This document shows positions 1 to 12,994 of a DNA stretch of 64,000 bases, piece after piece. Source of the DNA: Vicugna vicugna (lineage: Eukaryota); NCBI GenBank assembly GCA_013265495.1, contig MU058540.1, forward strand, positions 23,696-87,695, given 5' to 3'. Each line of letters starts with the position of its first letter. The first letter of the stretch is position 1. Under the pieces are notes generated by a model, which was not told where the DNA came from, made no database searches, and saw only the letters and a list, made by a program, of their open reading frames with translations. The position numbers were made by a program, and so were the translations under genes.

Positions 1-360
1 TGTATATTTCCCTGTGCTATACAGTGTAATCTTGTTTATCTATTCTACAATTTTGAAATCCCAGTCTATCCCTTCCCACCCTCTACCCCCCTGGTAACCA
101 CAAGTCTGTATTCTCTGGCCATGAGTCTATTTCTGTCCTGTATTTATATTTGTGTTTGTTTGTTTTTGTTTTTTAGATTCCACATATGAGCGATCTCATA
201 TGGTATTTTTCTTTCTCTTTCTGGCTTACTTCACTTAGAATGACATTCTCTAGGAGCATCCATGTTGCTGCAAATGGCATTATGTTGTCGGTTTTTATGG
301 CTGAGTAGTATTCCATTGTATAAATATACCACATCTTCTTTATCCAGTCACCTGTTGATT
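1..360 (-). mobile_element. LINE-1 3' end (ORF2 end / 3' UTR), antisense
   Basis: Typical antisense L1 motifs: ttcccaccc...ggtaaccacaagtctg, ttagattccacatatgag, tggcttacttcacttagaatgac, ggctgagtagtattccattg. Boundaries approximate. Confidence 0.8.
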
Positions 361-529
361 TAGAGTTGTAAGTTGTGTGCCTTTAATAAAATCTTGACCA
401 ATTTTCCAATCCAAATCAGGAAAGGAATTGTTCAGAGAAAGGTATGATGCTCTGTGTTCCCTTAAAGTGTAACACATGTAATTAGATGCCAAGGATTGAA
501 AACCTTGATTCAGAGCCCAAAACAACTGT

Positions 530-2480
530 AAGGGGTTTTTTTTTCCCCCCAGCTTTATTGAGATATAATTGACATATTACATTTGTAAGTTTAAGATCCA
601 AATTCTCTTGATTACTATAGCTTTTTCTTTCTAGTAAGTCTTAAAGCCAGGTAGTTCTTCAATTTTTTTCTTCTTGTCTGAAAATTGTTTTGGTTCCATG
701 GGTCATCTGCATATGCCTATCTTCTATATAAATGTCAGAATTAGCACAGTAATTTCTACAGAAGGAAAAGGGGGGAGGGGAGCAGAGGGGGTTACAATCT
801 GCCTCGGATATTGATTATGACTGCTTTGACTCTATAAATCAATTTTAGAGAATTGACATCTTAACAATATTGAGCTTTCAAATTCATTTCATATATATAT
901 ACACACATATATATGTTTTAGATCTTTTTAAATTTCTCTCAGCTGTATTTGTGATTTTGGATTCAAAGATTTTCATATTTTTCATTATAATTATTTCTAT
1001 TTATTTTATGGGTTTTGATGGTTTGGTTTTTGGTATTATTCCTTTTTTAAATTAAGATATAATATACATATAGTAAAATTCACCCTTTTAAATTCAAATC
1101 TCAGTGAGTATTGACAATCAAGATGAATAGTTTCATCTCTCTGAAATATCCACCTCTGTCCCTTTATAGTCAACTCCTCTCCCCATCCTCATAGTTTGCT
1201 TTTGCAAATATGTCATAAAAATGGAATTATATAGTATATAGGTTTTAGAGCATATTGACTTGAAATTATCATGCTGTTGCATGAATCTGTAATTTGTTCC
1301 TGTTTATTGTTGCATATCACCCCATTGTATGCTATGGTGGTTTATTTACCCATTTCTTAATGGAGGGACATTTGGGTTATTTCCAGTTTTTGGTGATTAA
1401 AACTAAAGCAGCTTTGTTTTCTTATAGAAGTTTTATGGTTTTAGGTTTTTCCTTTAGTTCTTTTATTCTTTTTGAGGTATTTTTGTATGGGATGTGAAGT
1501 AGGGATCAAAGTTTATTATTTTGCATATGAATATCCAATTTTTCAATCCCCATTTGTTGAAAATTCCATTGTCTTTACACTTAGGCCAAAGATAAATTGA
1601 TTGACTATATATGGGGCTAATTATCAACAATGTTCTGTTCAATTGATAATATGCCTGTCCTTTTACCAGCACAAGACTGTCTTAATGTCTTTGGTTTTAG
1701 AGGAAATCTGGGAATCCCCCAACTCTGTTTTGTTTTTTCAAAATTGTTTTGGCTATTCTTTTTTTGGTTTGTTTTTTGCCTTTCTACATAAATTTTAGAA
1801 TTTCTTTGTCAATTTGTACAAAAACATCCTGCTGAGAATTTGAATAAAATTGCATTGAATCTATAGATCAAACTGAGGACATCTTAAAAAGATTGAGTCA
1901 TATTATCAATGGACAGGGTATTTTAGGTCTTCTTTGATTTCTTTCATCAGTGGTCCATAGTTTTTAGCATGTAGATTTGTATATATTTTGTAAGATTTAT
2001 ATTTAAGTGTTTTATGGATTTTGGTGCTATTTATATAGTACTTATTTAATTTATTTTTCAATTGTTTATTACAAGTAAATATAAACAAAATTGGTATTTG
2101 TATATTGATTTTGAATTTGTGACTTTGACACAGTAATTGTAATAAATTTTGTAGATTCTTTGGATTTTATATTTCTTTGGGATTTTATATGATATATTTG
2201 TCTGTGAATAGAGAGACTTTTATTATCTTCTAAGCTATATGTCATTTATTTATTAGTTTATTTTGTCTTACTGCACCTGTTAAGATATGCAGTATGATTT
2301 TTAACTTGGAATAATGAGAGCAGGCATCCTTTTTCTTTTGTTCCCAATTTTAGGAGAAAAGCATTTAGCCTATTTTAAATTAAGCATCATGTTAGTTATA
2401 ATTTTTAACAGATATCATTTATCAGGTTGAAGACATGCTGAGAATTTTTAATCATGAATGGAGGTTAAATTTTGTCAAAT
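530..2480 (-). mobile_element. Old fragmented L1M ORF2/3' remnants, antisense
   Basis: T-rich stretch with antisense L1 ORF2 motifs (ttgcattgaatctatagatcaa, gaattgacatcttaacaatattgag). Minus-strand ORF pieces such as LMKEIKEDLK and GIFNKWGLKNWIFICK are L1 ORF2-like. Confidence 0.65.
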
Positions 2481-2481
2481 G

Positions 2482-3165
2482 TTGATGCAGCCACTATGGA
2501 AAACAGTATGGAGATTCCTCAAAAAACTAAAAATAAGACTATCATATGATCCAGCAGTTCCGCTTCTAGGTGTGTATTCAAAGAAAATGAAAACACTAAT
2601 TCAAAAAGATACATGCACGCTCATGTTGATAGCTGCATTATTTACAATAGTCAAGATATGGAAGCAACCTAAGTATCCATCAACAAATGACTGTATAAAG
2701 AAATGTCTTATATGTATCGTATGGAATTACTCAGCCATAAAAAAAAGAATGAAATTTAGTCATTTGCAACAACATGGATGTACCTGGAGGGTATTATGCT
2801 TAATGAAATAAGTCAGACAGAAAAAGCCAAATACTGCATGTTATCACTTACATGTGGAATCTAAAAACATAAAACAAATAAATGAATACAGCAAAACAGG
2901 AACAGATTCACAGATATAAGGAACAAACTAATGATTATCAGTGGGGAGAGGCAAGGGGGAGGGGCAAAATAGGAATGGAGATTAAGAGGTACAAGCTACT
3001 AGATATAAAATAACAGGCAACAAGGATGTATTATACAGCACAGGGAGTAGAGCCAGCATTTTACAATAACTTTAAAAGGAGTATAATCCATAAAAATATT
3101 GAATCACTATATTGTACACCAGAAACTAATACAATATTGTAAATCAACTATACTTCAATTTAAAA
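2482..3165 (+). mobile_element. 5'-truncated LINE-1 (L1MA-like), ORF2 C-terminus plus 3' UTR, nested in older L1
   Basis: ORF 2458-2811 contains [16 protein letters not shown]...[11 protein letters not shown]...AALFTIVKIWKQPKYPS (L1 ORF2 C-terminus). Ends gtaaatcaactatacttcaatttaaaa. Confidence 0.85.
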
Positions 3166-3642
3166 TTTTCTGTTGAATGCTTTTTCTGCATCTATTGAGT
3201 ATATTGTGGGCTGTTTTTCATTCTACTAATACAATAATTTACATAATATGTCGAACAAGTTTGCATGCCTGTAATGAATCCCAATTAGTCATGATTTATC
3301 TTTTCTGTAAATTCTTCGATTCTATTTGATAATAATATTTCACTTTATTTTTAAAATTTTTAATATCTATCCATGAGGCATATTGACCTGTCGTTTGCTT
3401 TTCTTGCAATATATTTGTCAAGTTTTAAGAAGAGGGAAATGTTAATCTCATAAAAAAATGTTAGTTAAGATACACTTTCTTTTTTTTAAGTTACATAACA
3501 GTCCCTGTAGAATTGGTATTATTTCTTTCTGCAGTGTTTGGTGAAATTGCCAGTGGAGTCATCTGGACCTGGGGTTTTCATTGTTGAAAGGTTTTTAATT
3601 AAAATTTCAATTTTTTTAATAGAAATTAAATTATGCTACCTA

Positions 3643-3659
<17 letters not shown>

Positions 3660-3673
<14 letters not shown>

Positions 3674-5475
3674 ATTGAAATATATCTGACATATAACACT
3701 GTGTAAACTGAAGCTGTATAATATTAATTTGACACATTTATATACCATAATATTATTGCCATTGTAGTGATAATTAGCACATCAATCATATTACAAAATT
3801 ATCCTTTCTTTCTAGTGATTAGAATAATTTTCTAGTATCTTAGCAAGTTTGATTATTATAATACAGTGTTCACTATACTATACATTAGATCTCTAGGACT
3901 TATTTACTACTTGTTGCAAGTTTGTATCCTTAATAATTTCATTTATATGTAGAATCTAAAAAACAAAACAGATGAACAAACATAACAAAGCTGAAACAGA
4001 GTTATAGAGACAAAGAACAAACAGGTGGTTGCCAGAGGGGAGAGGGCTAGGGAGAGAAAGTAAGTAGTGAGGGAGATTAAGAGGCATAAACTTCAGATGC
4101 AAAATAAATGAGTCACAGGTATGAAATGTACAGAAACAGAGTCAATAATTATGTAACATCTTTGTATGGTGACAGATCACAACTAGATTTGTGGTGCTGA
4201 TAGTTTTGAAATATATAGAAATATAGAATCACGACGTTGTGAAACAGGAACTAACATAGTGTTGTAGATCAATTATACTTCAAAAACAAACTCATAGAAA
4301 AATGGATGAGATTTGCAGTTACTAGAGGTGGGAAGTGGGGGAAGGGAGAATTGGACATAGGAAGTCAAAACTTACAAACTTTCAACTATAAGATAAATAA
4401 GTACTAGGGATGTCGTGTACAACATACATTACATCTCCATCTCCTTGCCAACAGTTGTTATCTCTTGCCTTCTTGATGATAGCCATTCTAACAGGTGTAA
4501 CATGATAGCACATTGTGGTTTTGATTGTACTTCCCTTATGATTATTGACGTTGAACATCTTTTCATGTACCTGTTGGCCATTTGAATGTCCTCTTTGGAA
4601 AAATATCTATAGTTCCTCTGCCCACTTTTTAATCTCATTTTTGTGGGGATTTTTTGTTATTGAGTTGTTAAATTTTTTATATGTCTTGAATATGAACCCC
4701 TTATCAAATACATGATTTGCAAATATTTCCCCTACTCTGTAGGTTGCTTTTTATTTTGCTAATTGTTCTTTTGCTGTGCTGAAACTTTTAAGATTGATGC
4801 AGCCCCTTTTGTTGATTTTTGGTTTCGTTGTTTGTGCTTTAGGTGTCATATCCAAAAACTCATTGCCAAGACAGATGTCAAAGAGCTTCTTCCCCATGTT
4901 TTCTTCTAGGAGTTCTGTGGTATCAGATCTTAAGTTTAAGGCTTTGACACATTTCTAGTTAATATTTGTGAGTGGTGTGAGATGGGGACCAATTTCATTC
5001 TTCTGCAAGTGCTTGTCCAATTTTCCCAGCACTATTTGTTAAAGAGTATCTTCTTTCCCTTTGGATGATCTAGGTAGGATCCCTTGGCAAATATCAGTTG
5101 ACCATTTGTGCAAGGGTTTGATTCTGGGCTCTCTACTCTGTTCCATTGCTCTGTGTGTCTATTTTTATGCCAGTACCACACTATTTTATTGCATAGACTT
5201 GTAGTATAGTTTGAAATCAGGAGGAGTGATACCTGCAGCTTTGTTCCTCTTCAGGATTGCTTTGGTTATTCAGGGTCTTGTGTGGTTCCATGCAAATTTT
5301 AGGATTTGCTGTTGTTGTTTATGTGAAGAATGTTACTGGTATTTTGATGGGAATCATGTTAAATCGATAGTTGCCTTTGGCTATTATGGGGATTTTAACA
5401 ATATTAATTCTTCCAATCCATGAACACAGAATGTCTCTCCATTTGTTTGTGTCCTCTTCAGTGTCTTTCACCAAT
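3660..5475. mobile_element. LINE-1 cluster: antisense 3' end (~3660-3930), sense 3' UTR piece (~3935-4425), antisense ORF2 (~4430-5475)
   Basis: Minus-strand ORFs read [24 protein letters not shown] (4429-4638) and [21 protein letters not shown] (5319-5516), both L1 ORF2. L1 3' UTR motifs occur in both orientations. Confidence 0.8.
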
Positions 5476-6624
5476 GCAGCTGATAAAATCAAAAGCATTA
5501 TTGAATACTTCTTCATTTGATTACAAAGTCCATCTTCTTTTTACTTTATTGCTCTGGACTCTGTCGTTGTTGTGAAACATCTTTACCTACTTCTAGATGG
5601 TGGAGGCTTGGCCCTTTTAGTAAAATTTCACCAGTGCATAATAACTAGGGTTGTATCACAGCAAAATAGTTGAAAGTCAGAACTTGAAAATACACAGGTT
5701 CTTAGTGAACGTTATAAATGTTAACTAGAAGTAACATGAGTTACTAACTAATTTCTTAGAGAGTTCTCAAAGATGTAAGTTATAATGACACATTCCATTC
5801 CATTGACAATTTTAAGTCTTAAATCAATGGTAGAAAATTAATGATTTTTAGAAAATTATTGGACAAAGTAATATTTAAACTGCAAACCTCATTTCCACCA
5901 CTAATTTATGGATAGGATCTCTTATTTTCCTTTCAGATAAATGTAACAAATTGGTTTTTAAATTGGCACACATTCCTCTATCTAAGTTTAGTTCACTAAT
6001 AATTTCACTTTATGTTAAAATTATGACCTGAAGACAGAAGCAACGAGAACAAGATTCATTGCGTGACCACAAGAAGAGGAGAGACACAGACTCAGGTTGA
6101 AGACAGAGCTCATCTTCTGTCTCTTAGTAAATGACACTGCCTTGCTTGGACTTTCCCTGCATCCTGCAGGATGTGAGATCTGAGACTGGACCTTGAACTT
6201 CCCATCCACGATACAATTCTCATCCTGCACATTTAACACCCTACCTTCCTAATTTGAGTTGAATTTATTTAACTATAACATAAATAGGTGAAAATCTGAA
6301 GCACCATTAAGAAAGGTTTTGATCATTTGCCAAATCATAAAGAATTTCTTTAAGATATAAAGCAAATAAGTCTGGACTCAGGAAAAAGCATAGAAACATG
6401 TTATTTACCACTCAGAAAAAAGGATGTTTCATGGTAAAAAGAGTGCATCTCAGGTAGAACCTCAAAAATCCCTCTTGGTCCATAATGGAAGAGACTAGAA
6501 AGAATGATGAGGCCATCTATAGAATCACATATTTATCCTAATTATATTAAGACACTGTATTATGAATCCACATGAGAGATCTCCTCCCTCCACAGGAACT
6601 CATGACTTGCCTTTGTCACATTTC

Positions 6625-6740
6625 AGCCCTTCACTCACCAGCTGTGTGACCCTGGGCAAATTCTTTCATCTTTCTGAAATTCATTGTCTCCTTGTAAAAT
6701 GGAGATGATGTTAAAGTATCACAAGGACAGTTGAAGAGCC
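6625..6740 (+). mobile_element. MIR SINE fragment
   Basis: MIR core: cactcaccagctgtgtgaccctgggcaaatt...tgtaaaatggagatgatg. Confidence 0.6.
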
Positions 6741-6964
6741 CTGGGAACTTTTCAGTCCAGGTGCAGCGTATGTGTATCCTTCACAACTGTCCAATGAAGT
6801 GTGGTTAATGCCTTCGGCCAAGGGCCACCAGGAGCACATCTGTGGATGAGCAAGTTGGTGCTATTGTTCACTGCAGCGAAGGAGACAGCTCACCATGGGG
6901 AATCATGGGCATCTCAGAATGAAGATGTCTGAACCAGAGAAGCAGAACCTGTTGGAGAGATGTG

Positions 6965-7320
6965 CTAAGAGAATTATTGCAAGGAATTCATTTACACAGT
7001 TGTGAGGATGGACTAGGCAAGTCCAAGACCATAGGGTGTTATCTACTGTCAGGAAAGGCAGGCTGGAGCTCTCCACATAAGCTGAAGCTTCAGCCCATGG
7101 TGGAATCTCTTTCCCCCAGGGAAACCTCAGATCTGCTCTTGAGAATCGTCAATGGATTGGCTCTGGCTCACCCAGATTGTCTAAAATAACCTCTTTTACT
7201 TAAAATCACATGACTATGGACCTTAATCACGTCTACAAGGTATCTTCAGAGCATCACCTAGATTCATGTTTGAGTGAAAACTAAAGACGATAGCCTAGGT
7301 AACACATAAAACTGACCCTT
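6965..7320 (-). mobile_element. MLT2-like (ERVL) solo LTR fragment
   Basis: Reverse complement of 7290-7320 (ggtcagttttatgtgttacctaggcta) resembles the MLT2 5' end. Internal gtcaatggattgg...cccagattgtctaaaataacctc is MLT2-like. Confidence 0.55.
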
Positions 7321-8766
7321 AAACTATTATGCCTTTTGGGTTTGTGCTAGGCGATTTGAAGGAGGATTTAAGAAAGAGAGTCTGTTCTTCATTGGATTCC
7401 ATCAGGAAGTGGGTGGGGGGGTGGAGTAAATCTATAATCAGGTATCTTAATAAATCTTACCAAATAGGAAGGAAGACTATACTGAGGCTATAGCCGCAGT
7501 TGGGAAAGGAGCAGAGGCCGTTCATATTACCCAGGGGAGAAGCACGCTTGGCCACTTTCACAATTTGGACACGCTTCATGTTCTGCCTGTGCTGAGACGC
7601 AACTGCTGAGTGGCCTTGTCTTCTGTTTTGAGCCATCATGGTCACAGATGGCTGTCTGATGCTGCAGTTACATGGCATTGCTGACGTTCAGCAAGAAAAC
7701 ACTGAAACCTAGCTGTGACCAGCAGGCCGCTCCTGGCAACACCAAGGCCTAATTAATGGTGCCAGGCAGCTCTCAGACGCCAGTATCACTCTTCTTCGTA
7801 GTCTCTGTCACTGTGAGCTAAGACAGAGCACTGAGAAACCGAGGGCCAGCCAACAAGGACAGGGTGGTTGATTCTAAATGGAACCTTCATTAACTTGCGG
7901 CTTCTATAACACATGGAAAATTGATTCTTCTGGGAAAAAAAGGGTCTGTCTCTCTGAAACCTTCCTTTGACATTAGCTCAGTCCCTGGTTCCTCAAAAGT
8001 ACCTGGGATTTTAATGTGGCAGGATAAAAAATGTTAAAATATCCAGTAGGTGAATAGAAGAAAACAATTTTCTAAGTCACAGCAGTTCCTTGTATTCTGC
8101 CCTCAACATTTGACGTGACATTCTTAAATTTAAAAAAAAACTATACAGCAAGCCAGACAGAGCTTCCTTTAATGTAATCAATGTCCCCCCAATTCTTTCA
8201 AAGGTAGATAGGTTCACCAAAACACAGAGCATAAATATTCAAGGCAGGGAAAACATACAAATGGAAGATCATGCAGTTACCTTAGGCGGCCCTGCATGAC
8301 ATGGTAAGTCCTTTTATTACCCTGGGTGCAGTCAGTGGAGCTTTGGAGAAGATGAGAAGAGTAATTTACTCAACTGGATTTATAGAAGCAGAAAAGGCAG
8401 GGGTACTCCTTGGCTACCACCAGCAGAAATCCCCTGGGTCACCCAGTGTTTAGAGAATTCCACACGTGCTACAGAAGCGAGCAGAAAGACAATTCGCCCA
8501 CATATGGAGGCCAGGGAAAGGGGAGGGGCTGAGGACTGCCAGGGAAGCGATCAACTCAGGGAGAATTCTTGGAAGTTGTAACCCAGACAATCCTGTCAGA
8601 TACCATGTTACTGATGACCTCATTTATCCATGAGACTGCTCAGAAGTTCCCACATCTCTCGTCACCAGCAGGCAGACACACACGTGACAGGATTCTGATT
8701 TCATACACTCCTTCCTTTCATAGAAAACTGTCAGGCCAACTGTGAGTGGAGGCTGCATCAGGACCA

Positions 8767-8855
8767 GGGGATTTCCCAACCCCGTCCAGGCCACTTAGTA
8801 CAAACTCTTCAACCAGCAACTGAGGCGTCATCATAGAGGATTTTTCTGATTGGCC
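8767..8855 (+). promoter_or_regulatory. DQA proximal promoter: NF-kB site, X1/X2 box, Y box
   Basis: GGGGATTTCC at 8767; X1/X2 ACCAGCAACTGAGGCGTCA at ~8812-8830; Y box CTGATTGG at 8846-8853; about 120 bp upstream of the ATG. Confidence 0.9.
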
Positions 8856-8969
8856 AGAACCTGACCTGGCAGAGTCTGGTTTGGGCGTCTTTAGAGCTCC
8901 TTCTCAGCTCAGTCCTCATCACTACGTGCAGCCCAGAAGAGCGACTGCTGAGACCACCTGGAGAAGAGG

Positions 8970-11900
8970 ATGATCCTAAACAGAGCTGTGATTTTGGGGG
9001 TCCTCACGCTGACCACCGTATTGAGCCCCTGCGGAGCTCAAGACATCGTGGGTGAGTGCACGGCTGAGACATGTGGAGACTAGAGTTGGGGAGCAGGGAA
9101 TTGGAGGGGAAAAAAGATAGAGATTGGCATAAAGCAGTAGGGACTCCTCAAAGCATTCTCAATATTAAGCAAATTTAAAAATTACAGTCGTTCCTCCTTC
9201 AGGAAATTAAGATCCCACCCCACTCCCTCCACGACCTGTGCTGTTGTGGAGTACACCAAGGACATCATTCTGCTTCTGATACTGGATCCAGTGAAGGTGT
9301 CCTGGAGGGGCCCAGGGCATTCATTCACAGTTGCCTCAAAGATTAGAGGTGTTTCCACAAGTAGATGTTTTGTTACAAAAATTTCAAGAACTATTGCTCC
9401 CAAATTTCTCTGAACAAACTTTGAAGCTTTTTACACATTTCTCCTGCAGTTTATCTTGCGGTAAATAGTTCCATGAATTAGGTGTACTATGTAGATGTAA
9501 AGAAGGGTGACCTTTTCTTAGTCTCAGATTTACATACATTTCCTGGCTGGAATCTGGCACAGGTGGGGAATGGGTCAGCGAGCCCAGCGGATACCTTTAG
9601 ACAAGTCATTTTACCAATGGTCCTCACCAATCTCATTACCTCACACGTGTCACCCCACAAATAAATAAAATGGGTGTGTAGATATGCTTTCTTAGTTAAG
9701 ACACACAAATGTCAAAAATTATTCTTATTTTTAGTATTACCATTACAGGTGTAGCTTCACTTTTTTTCTTTAACAAAACAAGAAGTTTATTTTTATTTTA
9801 AATTGAGAACTTTATGATGAGCAACTTGATGAATTAAATTACATTGTTTTCAAATTGTCAGCCTGTTCTTCACCAAATCTCCTGTTCTTCACCCCGTCTA
9901 GAGAAGGAAGTCCTTCAAGAAGAAGAATGGACAAGCACAAATTATTTATTATGTTCCCCAGCCCCCTCTGCCTTTGCTGTCCACCTCTTCTACCCTCTCT
10001 TCATACTTTCCTTTACGATCCTTTCCTTCTAGGATCCATCCCTGGCTCATGTCTCTGTTGTTTCATAGACATGAAAAGTGGGTTTGTAAAAATCAAAGTA
10101 GAAAGACCAGATAGTTCAAAGGGGAAGTGAAATGGGTTTACTCTAACCTTCAGCAACTTTACTAACCATGACTGCTCCCATTCTAATTTTGTGTGGTACT
10201 GGAAGTTGCTCCTGCTTCTCCAGAGCACTTCAGAATTTTCTTTCTTCAACGTCACACCGGAGTCCTGGGCAGGCTCAGCTTACACGCCGGGCACAGTGGG
10301 CACAGTGCCAAGGGCCTGCAATGCTTGTAGGGCCCCATAAAACACTTTTTTATTTTAAAATTGGAAAAAGGTGAACTTTTAGGATAGGGGAAAATATTCT
10401 AATTTTTAATGCAACCTAGATTATGTTTGTCTTTATACCAGTATTGTCATAAAATATGATTTTTAATATTCTTTTAAAAGAAGGGACTCACAAAGCAACA
10501 GTGCTTAGGACTCACAAATCATAATGCACTTCTGGTCACTGCTGATTCTGACTTTCATACGGTTCTGCTACCCCTTTGTCTGTCAGTCTTCTCCAAAATC
10601 TCTGTGATGCTCAAGAATAGCAATTGCTGTTCAATTTTTAAGCACAGCAAGCTAAATTTGGGGAGTTCAAAGACAAAAACACATGCTTTCTGCCCCCTAG
10701 AGGGTGCACAGATTAGTGATGGAAAGAAAATGGTGCAGGAGAGCAGAAGGGCCATTGCTGAGCAGGACAGAGGATCCAGCTAAGGATAAAACTATAAAAG
10801 TGAATTGTTTCCAGTTGACACAGAAGTGTGATGTTTTCAGACACAGTTGGTAGCCAAGGACAAGGACCAGATGAAAAGAATAATTGCACATCTTCATGTC
10901 TGAAAAAGAAGTCAAGAAGATTCATTGCAAAGATAGGAGGCTTAGTTTCAGTGACTTTTAACTAATCAAACAACTACCAACACGAAGGGAGAGGAAGCAC
11001 GTGCTGGGAATTTTGTCTACAGACTATGGTGCCCCACAATACATGAAAGTCAATTTCTCCTGTCACTTTGTTTAATGAGTTTCTGTTATCTCCCTCTGTT
11101 TTCCACCTTCATGCTCACCCGACTCAGCTGACCATGTTGCCTCCTATGGCGTAGAGGTCTACCAGTCTTATGGTCCCTCTGGCCAATATACCCATGAATT
11201 TGATGGAGATGAGCAGTTCTACGTGGACCTGAAGAAGAAGGAGACTGTCTGGCGGCTGCCTGTGTTTAGCAAATTTACATATTTTGACCCGCAAGATGCA
11301 CTGACAGAAATAGCCACCTCAAAATATAACTTGGACATCTTGATCAAACGCTCCAACTCTACCGCCGCTACCAACAGTATGTGTTCACCATGCTGTCTCT
11401 CTTTATTTAATCTATCCCTTCATACCAGGCCTCACTCCCCTCATGCCTAGGGGTAGTTACCCTTCACTACTCTATAAAACTCTCTCCTTTCCAAGGAGTC
11501 TCAGATTTTCTCAGACTAATTGCTGAACCCTTATCCTCCCCCTTATTACAAATCACATGTCTCCATGTGATACAAAGATCTCTACTCCCATGGTGCAATC
11601 TTTGAATCTTTCATGGAGAGATCCCATAGCCCTCCCACATGACAAGCAGGTCCTCAAAAAGAAGGGGACAGGGATAAAGCAGAGGGAGTGAATAGTGGGT
11701 CCCAAGCAGGAGGGAATAAGAGCTCTTCCACTATCACACTGGGCAGTGTTGGTGGGCAGACTCCCCAGGACACAGTGTGGGACCCCAGGGCAGAGCTGTT
11801 CTCATTTCACATCAGTGCTGTTTCCTCACCATAGAGGTTCCTGAGGTGACTGTGTTTCCCAAGGCCCCCGTGATGCTGGGCCAGCCCAACACCCTCATCT

Positions 11901-12514
11901 GTCATGTGGACAACATCTTCCCTCCTGTGATCAATATCACGTGGTTGAGGAATGGGCGCTCTGTCACAGAAGGCGTTTCTGAGACCAGCTTCCTCTCCAA
12001 AAATGATCATTCCTTCCTCAAGATCAGTTATCTCACCTTCCTCCCTTCTGATGATGATATTTATGACTGTAAAGTGGAGCACTGGGGCCTGGATGAGCCA
12101 CTCCTGAAACACTGGGGTATGTATAAGTTCCACCCCTTTTGGAACTTTCTTTTCTCGGTCGAGTCTAGGACATCCTGCCTCTTATCCCCTAGTCTTCATG
12201 GCCCCAAACTTCACACTTCCAGTATTTCTAATGTAGACCTCACTCTCCTCCCTAAGTCCCATGCCCCAAGACCTTGCAGAACCAATCCTCCCTCACCCCA
12301 TCCCACGTACACACACAGAAACACTCTGTGTTGTGACCTCCACAACTTCACTCTCACAGAACCTGAGATTCCAACCCCCATGTCAGAGCTGACGGAGACT
12401 GTGGTCTGCGCCCTGGGGTTGACCGTGGGCCTCATAGGCATCGTGGTGGGCACTGTCTTCATTATCCAAGGCTTGCGCTCAGGTGCTCCCTCCAGACACC
12501 AAGGACCCTTATGA
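8970..12514 (+). CDS. DQA: MHC class II DQ alpha chain, intact, 255 aa; join(8970..9051,11128..11376,11835..12116,12360..12514)
   Basis: Exon 1 [27 protein letters not shown] (82 bp). Exon 2 ADHVASYG...[21 protein letters not shown]...RSNSTAATN (249 bp). Exon 3 Ig C1 domain VPEVTVFPK...[17 protein letters not shown] (282 bp). Exon 4 TM/tail ...[14 protein letters not shown] (155 bp). All introns GT-AG, phase 1. Non-coding last exon from 12700. Confidence 0.96.
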
Positions 12515-12988
12515 GTCACACTCCAGAAGGGAAGGTAAGAATTCAAATTTTTTTAGAGCTAGAGACCCAGTACAGGAAGAAGGAAATTGGGAGGAGGTTT
12601 TGAACACAAATGTGCTCAAAAGTTGCAGAATTGGGAAACAGCATGATAATGGCCCAGGAGCCCCTAGGACCCACCTGCGTCGTGTTTGTCCTGCTGCAGG
12701 TGCACTGCCCATCTGCAAGAGAGAAGAGCGGATGTGCTAGATGACCTAGAACTATTTTCTGGCCAAGTTCGTCATATACCTTCTCTCCTCCTGCACTCCT
12801 CCTCTCACCTCTTCTCTGGGACTTAAGGTGCCGTATCATCTCAGAACTCTCATACATTGCCCTTGGAACTCTCCCCGTGGCCCCCTAGTTTTTTTCTTTC
12901 CTAAATTGTTCCCTATTGGAGATCCCTGAGCTATCCCACCCAGCTACTTAATCCCTCAGTGACCCTAAACTAATATATCCATGGAAGC

Positions 12989-12994
12989 AATAAA
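12989..12994 (+). terminator. DQA polyadenylation signal AATAAA
   Basis: AATAAA about 290 bp into the 3' UTR exon that starts at 12700 (donor 12535, acceptor ctgcag at 12699). Confidence 0.7.
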
